NCBI GenBank assembly: GCA_963847445.1 | Contig: CAWJZV010000007.1 | Location: 224,001 to 288,000 of the forward strand | DNA from: an uncultured delta proteobacterium | GTDB lineage: Bacteria > Desulfobacterota > Binatia > UBA9968 | DNA length: 64,000 bases | Reading direction: 5' to 3' | In this document: positions 57,818-64,000 of the stretch, piece by piece | Numbering within the stretch: the stretch's first letter is position 1 | Layout: each line of letters begins with the position of its first letter | Program-made: the position numbers and the translations under genes | Notes under the pieces: model-generated | The model's input: the letters and a program-made list of their open reading frames with translations, nothing else | What the model was told of the DNA's origin: nothing | The model's database searches: none

Positions 57818-59579
57818 TTAACCGCGCCGGATCTCGCTGATGAGGTACCACCCCAGTAACAAAACGAACGAAGCGAGAGTGATCAGTAGAGGGAGGGCGA
57901 TGGGCGGGCGGTAACGGTCGGGATCGTAGCGTCCGTTCAGAACCGCCCTTTTCCGCGGCATTTTCAGGCCGAAAATAAGAATGGAGTCTTGGCCTCAACG
58001 CCATTGGGTTGGCGGCGAGTTTCGTTACTTGATCAACGCAGATTAACACCATGCTTTCGGCCGCCGCGAACAAATCGTTGACCGCATCGACGAACCAGCG
58101 GCGCAGTGACGGCGCCGGATGGCGGTAAAACCAATCGACATCGAGCGTGAGTGCCGTCTTAGCCGTCATCTGTGCTCGGAAAAACCAAACCGCCAAGGCA
58201 GTGAAGCCGAGCAACTCAACGGATTCCAACAGATGCGCCGCCGTGTACGGCTGGTAGGTGACGTTAAATGGCATCACGCCGTACAAGAGCCCCGGCCATA
58301 AGCCGAGCGTCAGATTAATCGCGCTGGCGAGCGCCATCGCGAGGTACATACCGCAGGGAATCGCATCGGTCTTAATCGGCCGCCGCGAACGGAACCAGGT
58401 AAAATAGGGCAGCTTCAAACCGACACTCCCAAAAGTTCCCACCGACGCGACGCTTAATAGTAATACCACCCAGCCGCGGTGCTCGAGTTCGGCGGCATGA
58501 ATGACTAGAGACTTACTGACGAACCCGCTGAGCAGTGGCAAACCGGAAATCGACAGCGCGCCAAACATATAGAAAACCAACACCCACCGCAGCGGACCGT
58601 TGAGACCGCCCAACTCGCTTAGCCGGCGCCGCCCGGTGGCCTGGATCACCGCGCCGGTGGCCATGAAAAGCAAGCCCTTGTAGAGAATATGCGCAAACGC
58701 ATGGGCGGTGGCGCCATTGAGCGCCGTTTCGGTGCCCAAGCCGATGCCGGCAATCATGTAACCGACTTGGCTGACGATATGATAGGAGAGAATGCGCCGG
58801 ATGTCGTTCTCGATCACCGCAAAGATCACGCCGTAGAGCGCCATGGCGGTGCCGGCGATGAGCAAAAGTTCAGCGCCGGGAAACGCGCGCGCCAAGACAT
58901 AAACCGCTGCTTTGGTGGTAAAGGCACTGAGAAAAACACTCCCGGTAGGCGTCGCTTCGGGATAGGAATCGGCGATCCAGGCGTGCAGCGGCGGGATTGC
59001 GGCGTTGACGGCAAAGCCCAGAAGAATCAGCCAACCGGCGCCGCTTACCGGCAGGGGCTCGAAGGAAAGCGACGCGGTGTCCTGGATGTGCCAAAGTATC
59101 CCCGCCAAGAGCACTGCGCCGCCGAACAGATGCATCAGCAGATAGCGCAGCGCAGCGCGCGTCGACAGCCCGGTACGAGCCGATAGAATCAGCCAGACTG
59201 AGGCCATCGCCATGATTTCCCAAAAGACATAGAGCGTCAGCCAGTCGCCGGCAAAAACTACTCCTAGGCCCGCGCCGGCGTAGAGCAACGCGGCAACCTG
59301 TTGGCCCAAATCGCGCACATGAAAACCGTAGATCGCGCCGAGAAAAGCCGCCAGTGTAAAAACGTAACCGAAGGCAAGACTCAAGCGGTCGACACGGCTG
59401 ATTATGAGTTCATAATTTAGCAACGGCCATGTCAGCACCGCGCTGGCCGAGAGTTGAGTGAGTAGCCCGAAGCCGAGCGCCGGCGCCAGGACGAAGAGCA
59501 CTGGCCGCAAGCGGCGCGGCAGAATGGGCAGCAGTAGAGCGCCGATCAAGAGCGGCGCGGCAGGCATGAGCTCAGTCAT
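57818..59579 (-). CDS. Mrp antiporter subunit D-like (third paralog); C-terminal frameshift
   Basis: FWEIMA, PPLHAW..D.YPEA, SAFTTK, LSYHIVSQVG and HILYKGLLF. Confidence 0.88.
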
Positions 59580-59811
59580 CGCGCGTCTCCCCAGGGTGAT
59601 AATAGCGCTCGTCACGCTGCAACCAGTACTTCCCCAGTGCCTTGCTTAGAAATCCCAGGGCCAAGCAAACAAGAAATCCAAACAGGGCAAAAAACCCCGG
59701 CACATGGGCCCACCACGGCGCATCGGCGGGTGGCGTGCCGAGCGATAACCGTTCGACAGCCACCGCGAGAGCGAGCGCTATGGCCAAGACAATCAGCTGA
59801 CGCGTTTTCAT
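59572..59811 (-). CDS. Small 2-TM protein within the mrp operon
   Basis: WW..PGF.ALFGF..C and LQRDE.YY; overlaps both neighbouring genes. Confidence 0.75.
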   Translation of the reverse strand: MKTRQLIVLAIALALAVAVERLSLGTPPADAPWWAHVPGFFALFGFLVCLALGFLSKALGKYWLQRDERYYHPGETRDD

Positions 59812-61298
59812 TTAACTCCGCCCGCCAAGACGCTGGTGGTAGCGTCGCTCGCCAAAGTAAACCAATGAAAAACCGCGTCGGGAAAAACTCCCAGCGCGAG
59901 CGCTAACAGCGCGGTCGTCACCAACGGCACGATCATCAACGGCGAGGCCTCGGCAAACTTGGGAAACTGCTCAGAAGGAATAAAAAATGCTCGCACGACG
60001 ATCGGAAATAAATACGCCGCGTTGAGTAATCCGCTGAGCAGCAGGATCGCTAATAGCCACGGCTGGCCGGCCGCGAGCGTTCCTTGGGCCAAAAACCATT
60101 TGCTGACGAAACCGCCGAGCGGCGGCACGCCAGCGAGACCTAACGATGCCAAACCGAAGGCGCCCATGGTGATCGGCATCTGCCGGCCGATGCCGTCCAG
60201 CTCGTCGATATTCTCCAAGTGCGTCTTGGCGTAGATCGCACCAGCGCAGAAAAACAGCGTGATCTTCATCGCCGCGTGGGTGATGATATGAAACAGGGCG
60301 CCAAGCCAAGCCTCCGGGGTGACCAGAGCGAGACCCAGGACAATGTATGAGAGGTGACCGACCGTGGAATAAGCCAGCCGGCGCTTCAAATTGTTCTGGG
60401 CCATGGCGAGCAGCGATGCAAGAACAATTGTTAGCCCCGCCAGTGTGGCGAGGATATTGACCGCGCCTATCTCTCGCAGCAAATCACCGCCAAAGACAAA
60501 CCCGACCACCCGCGCTAAGCCAAACACCCCGGCTTTGACCACCGCCACCGCGTGCAACAACGCGCTCACCGGCGTCGGCGCCACCATCGCTGACGGCAAC
60601 CAGCCATGCAGCGGCATCAAGCCGGCTTTGACCCCGACACCGACGACGAATAAAAAAAACAGCAGGCCAAGCGTCATCGGCGCGCTCGCCGCCGGTAGCA
60701 TGCCGCCGGCTTTGAAGTCTAGCGACGGCGCCAAACTGTGAGTCCAGGCCACGGCTAGAAGCAACGCGCCGCCGCCGCTCAGCAGATAGGCGAGATATTT
60801 ACGCCCCGCCGCTAATGCTTCGGCGCTACCCTTGTGCACCACCAGCGGATACGTGGCGATGGTCAACACTTCGTAGAAGATCAGAAAGGTCAGCAAATTA
60901 GCCGCGAAGGCGAGACCGATGGTCGCTGACAGGCAAATCGCGAAACTCGCGTAGTAACGAGTCTGATGGGATTCGGCCAGAGTGCGCATGTAACCGATCG
61001 AATAAATCGATGTGACAATCCACAACAGCGACGCCGATAACGCGAAGCTCAAGCCCAAAGAATCGACCCCCAAGGCGAACCCAACGCCTGGGGCGATTTC
61101 GAAGAGCGTAATGTGCGGATAATGACCGCCATTCACATCGGCAAGCAGGGAAAACACGATGGCGAATTTGCTGACTGCGGCGATCAGCGTGCAGCTCTCG
61201 CGCACATTGGGCCGACGCCCGAAAGCCACGATCAATATCGCTGCCAGGAGTGAAACCAGCACTGCGAGCAGCGGCCGTAATGTCCATTCAGGCGTCAT
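59808..61298 (-). CDS. Mrp antiporter subunit D-like (second paralog)
   Basis: KAGLMPLHGWLPSAMVAPTPVSALLHAVAVVKAG and RRLAYST. Confidence 0.9.
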   Translation of the reverse strand: MTPEWTLRPLLAVLVSLLAAILIVAFGRRPNVRESCTLIAAVSKFAIVFSLLADVNGGHYPHITLFEIAPGVGFALGVDSLGLSFALSASLLWIVTSIYSIGYMRTLAESHQTRYYASFAICLSATIGLAFAANLLTFLIFYEVLTIATYPLVVHKGSAEALAAGRKYLAYLLSGGGALLLAVAWTHSLAPSLDFKAGGMLPAASAPMTLGLLFFLFVVGVGVKAGLMPLHGWLPSAMVAPTPVSALLHAVAVVKAGVFGLARVVGFVFGGDLLREIGAVNILATLAGLTIVLASLLAMAQNNLKRRLAYSTVGHLSYIVLGLALVTPEAWLGALFHIITHAAMKITLFFCAGAIYAKTHLENIDELDGIGRQMPITMGAFGLASLGLAGVPPLGGFVSKWFLAQGTLAAGQPWLLAILLLSGLLNAAYLFPIVVRAFFIPSEQFPKFAEASPLMIVPLVTTALLALALGVFPDAVFHWFTLASDATTSVLAGGVK

Positions 61299-61318
61299 AT
61301 GCGATCGAACTCGAGCCG

Positions 61319-62794
61319 TTAACGTCCGTAAAAACTTTTGGCGATGGGCATCAATAATTGCGTGACGATCGCCGAGTTGGCTAAACCCAGAACGATCACT
61401 GCCGCCGCCGTGATTAAAGTCGGCGCCAACATGGCCGGCGGCGCCTCGGCGCCAAAACTTGCCTCAGGAACCGTCGTTGTTTTAGCGTAAATATTTTCCA
61501 ACACGCGAAAAAAATACACCGCGTTGAGCAGACTGCTGAGCAAAATAACTATCACGAACCACGGGTTGGCCAGTTCTAGCGCGCCGAGCATGAGATACCA
61601 TTTGCTAAAAAAGCCCGCCGCCGGCGGGATGCCGATCATCGACAGCGCCGCGACCACAAACGCCGCCATGCTCCACGGCATGGTTCGTCCGAGTCCGGTC
61701 AAATTAGCAATTTGCACCTGCCCGGTGCGCAGGCGAATCGTGCCGGCGACAAAGAACAAACAGGCTTTCATCGCCGCGTGATTGACCACATGGAGCAACG
61801 CACCGATGAGTCCCAAGCTATTGCCCATACCGAGCCCAAGCCCGACGTAGGCGATCTGGCTGACACTGCTGTAGGCGAGCATGCGGCGCAGGTCGCTTTG
61901 GGCGATGGCCATCACCGAGCCGTAAATAATCCCCGCGGCCGCGAGCCAAGAAATGACCGGCAACAGAGCGATGCGATCGAAGCCAAAACTCGGTTGAAAC
62001 ACCCCAAGGAAAATCCGCACCATGACGTAAGCAGCGACCTTGGTTGCCACCGGGGGGATCAGCCCGGCCACGGCCGAAGGCGCATAGGTGTAAGCGTCTG
62101 GCAGCCATAGATGAAACGGGAATAGCGCCATCTTGAGCGCTAACGCCAGCGCGATCAAGATCGCCGCGGCGACCACCGCGCGGGACTGGTAAAGCGGCGC
62201 CAGCCGCTGCGCAACGTCCGCCATGTTCAAAGAGCCGGTGACGAAATAGATAAAGCCAACCCCAAGAACATAAAAACTGCCGGCCAGGCTGCCAAGAATC
62301 AGATAGCGCAGCGCCGCCACCGGTGCTTGCTTGGCGCCGATGGCGACCAAAGCGTAAGCCGATAAAGATGCGATTTCGAGAAAAACAAACAGATTAAATA
62401 AATCCCCGGTGACGATCATGCCGCAGAGACCGGCGAGGAATAACAGAGCGAGGGCGTGGGCGGTGACAAAGCGGTCGGGTACCTCATGGCGCAGCGCCGG
62501 GCTAAAATAAACCAGCGAGAGGAGCCCCGACACCGTTACGACCAAGGCCATGAACGCCGCCAGCGGATCGAGGACATATTCAATCCCTAGCGGCGGCGCC
62601 CAACTGCCCAGGTGGTAGCGTAGCGTGCCTTGATGGACAACCGTCCACATTCCCCAGACCGACGCGGCGGCGGCCAGGCCAACGCCGAGCAAGGCCACGG
62701 CTGGCACAAGCCCTTTGTGCAGCAAGCCGGCCAACGGCACGATGAAGGCGGCGAATAGCAGAGGCAACGGAATCAAAACCGCAAGATGATTCAC
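61319..62794 (-). CDS. mrpD: Mrp antiporter subunit D
   Basis: TGDLFNLFVFLEI, KMALFPFH.WLPDAY and RMLAYSS. Confidence 0.88.
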   Translation of the reverse strand: MNHLAVLIPLPLLFAAFIVPLAGLLHKGLVPAVALLGVGLAAAASVWGMWTVVHQGTLRYHLGSWAPPLGIEYVLDPLAAFMALVVTVSGLLSLVYFSPALRHEVPDRFVTAHALALLFLAGLCGMIVTGDLFNLFVFLEIASLSAYALVAIGAKQAPVAALRYLILGSLAGSFYVLGVGFIYFVTGSLNMADVAQRLAPLYQSRAVVAAAILIALALALKMALFPFHLWLPDAYTYAPSAVAGLIPPVATKVAAYVMVRIFLGVFQPSFGFDRIALLPVISWLAAAGIIYGSVMAIAQSDLRRMLAYSSVSQIAYVGLGLGMGNSLGLIGALLHVVNHAAMKACLFFVAGTIRLRTGQVQIANLTGLGRTMPWSMAAFVVAALSMIGIPPAAGFFSKWYLMLGALELANPWFVIVILLSSLLNAVYFFRVLENIYAKTTTVPEASFGAEAPPAMLAPTLITAAAVIVLGLANSAIVTQLLMPIAKSFYGR

Positions 62795-63159
62795 GATCCG
62801 CGCTTCATCCTATCCAGCAACACGGCTTCATCGAGCGTGCCATAGCGGCGGTAGATCGCGATGGTCAACGCCAGCGCAACGCCAGTCGTGGCGACACTGA
62901 CAACGATGGCGGTGAGGATCAACACATGCGGCAGGGGATTAATATATTGCGCCGCAGTTATCCAACGCGCATCCCAAACCGGCACCGTCGCTCCTGGCTG
63001 GATCGCGCCATGAATATAGAAAAGAAAAATCGCCGTCTGAAAAATGCTTAGACCGATGAGCTTCTTGATCAAGTTGCGCTTGGCGATCACGCCGTACAGA
63101 CCGATCACCAGCAAAAGCGACGTCACGAGATAAGTGAAGTTGCCGAAAAGAGCCATCAA
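62791..63159 (-). CDS. mrpC: Mrp antiporter subunit C
   Basis: NLIKK.IGL and NPLPHVLILTAIVV. Confidence 0.92.
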   Translation of the reverse strand: MMALFGNFTYLVTSLLLVIGLYGVIAKRNLIKKLIGLSIFQTAIFLFYIHGAIQPGATVPVWDARWITAAQYINPLPHVLILTAIVVSVATTGVALALTIAIYRRYGTLDEAVLLDRMKRGS

Positions 63160-63161
63160 AT

Positions 63162-63596
63162 TTACGCTTCGTTGCCAATCAGGTAGTCAAATATAATCAC
63201 CAGCGTGCCCCACACCACCAAGCCCACGCCGGATTCGACGATGAGAATACCCAAGGCGCGCCGATCGGCGCCATCCATGCCGGGAATCGGCAGCTTGGCA
63301 TAGTCAAGAAACGCGCCGCCGAAAAATAGCGGCAACAGCCCGGCGCCGAAGTATATCAAGATGCCGATGCTGGCCAACACAGATGCTGTCTTCGGCGAAA
63401 AAAACCGGTGTTCCTCTTCCTCGCCTAGTGTCAGCCGCAGGAGCATCAACGCCGCCGCCAAGATCACGCCGCCCTGGAAGCCGCCGCCGGGGCCATAGTG
63501 TCCGTGGCTAATGACATACAAAGCAAAGAGCTGAACGAACGGCACGATCAGCCGGGCAACGCCGTCGACGATGGTGTTATGATAGCGCTCCCTCAT
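63162..63596 (-). CDS. mrpB: Mrp antiporter subunit B (MnhB domain)
   Basis: HGHYGPGGGFQGG. Confidence 0.88.
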   Translation of the reverse strand: MRERYHNTIVDGVARLIVPFVQLFALYVISHGHYGPGGGFQGGVILAAALMLLRLTLGEEEEHRFFSPKTASVLASIGILIYFGAGLLPLFFGGAFLDYAKLPIPGMDGADRRALGILIVESGVGLVVWGTLVIIFDYLIGNEA

Positions 63597-63880
63597 GATT
63601 GTTTTCGCCGGCGCGTGGCCCGCGGCAGGATCAGCATTACGGCCAACCCCGCGGTGAGAATCACCGCGGTTTCGCCCAAGGTGTCGTAACCGCGGTAGTC
63701 AGCCAGCACTGCGGTGACGATGTTCGGCGTGTGGGTCTGGGGCACGGCTCCGTCGATATACTGCGGCGTGATATGGCGCCGGGTCGGCGCCGCGGGATCG
63801 CCCGGGGGCGGCAGATCGCTTTCGGCGTAGACAAACAAAGCGAAGAATGCGCCTAAGATGATTCGAGTCAAGAACTTCAA
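63593..63880 (-). CDS. MbhE-like small Mrp subunit
   Basis: PNIVTAVLADYRGYDTLGE. Confidence 0.85.
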   Translation of the reverse strand: MKFLTRIILGAFFALFVYAESDLPPPGDPAAPTRRHITPQYIDGAVPQTHTPNIVTAVLADYRGYDTLGETAVILTAGLAVMLILPRATRRRKQS

Positions 63881-64000
63881 TCTTCCGATCTCCGTCCCGT
63901 GATGAACAAGGCGACGACAAACAGGACGCCGCTAACGCCTGCGCCCAAGGTCGCCTCGGTAAAAGCGACATCGACGGCGCCCATGGAGGCGAACAAAAGA
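63877..64000 (-). CDS. DUF4040/MbhD-like Mrp subunit; C-terminus only
   Basis: Manual translation LLFASMGAVDVAFTEATLGAGVSGVLF...RRSED*. Confidence 0.8.
   Translation of the reverse strand, partial: LLFASMGAVDVAFTEATLGAGVSGVLFVVALFITGRRSED

Overview
GC-rich bacterial chromosomal window. Its gene content (many Tct/TRAP/NMT1-type solute-binding proteins, two UbiD paralogs, split atp operon) resembles Deltaproteobacteria-like lineages such as Candidatus Binatia; this taxonomic call is inference. Single-base indels break many genes, including essential ones (ispH, glnA, ileS, lspA, atpA/G/C), which points to uncorrected long-read error, so I rebuilt genes across frames and some ends are approximate. 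Housekeeping loci: ispH, a sigma54 amtB-glnA-glnB operon, ileS-lspA, the atpF'FHAGDC operon, and a cyclophilin. Catabolic loci: two Tct transporters, MmgE/PrpD plus enolase-superfamily enzymes, two UbiD decarboxylases, and a TPP-dehydrogenase cluster containing a DddP-like M24 enzyme. Ion transport: an Mrp-type antiporter operon with three D-like subunits and a Ca/Na exchanger. I found no rRNA, tRNA, CRISPR array, transposase or phage genes. Best candidates for novelty: (1) a bicupin plus an orphan EutA-like ASKHA ATPase attached to the end of the ATP synthase operon, with no eutBC in the window; (2) intergenic hairpins whose arms are tandem 6-9-mers, sitting at operon junctions; (3) an unassigned, highly structured RNA-like element at about 3640-3840; (4) a palindromic repeat translated in frame inside the E2 linker.
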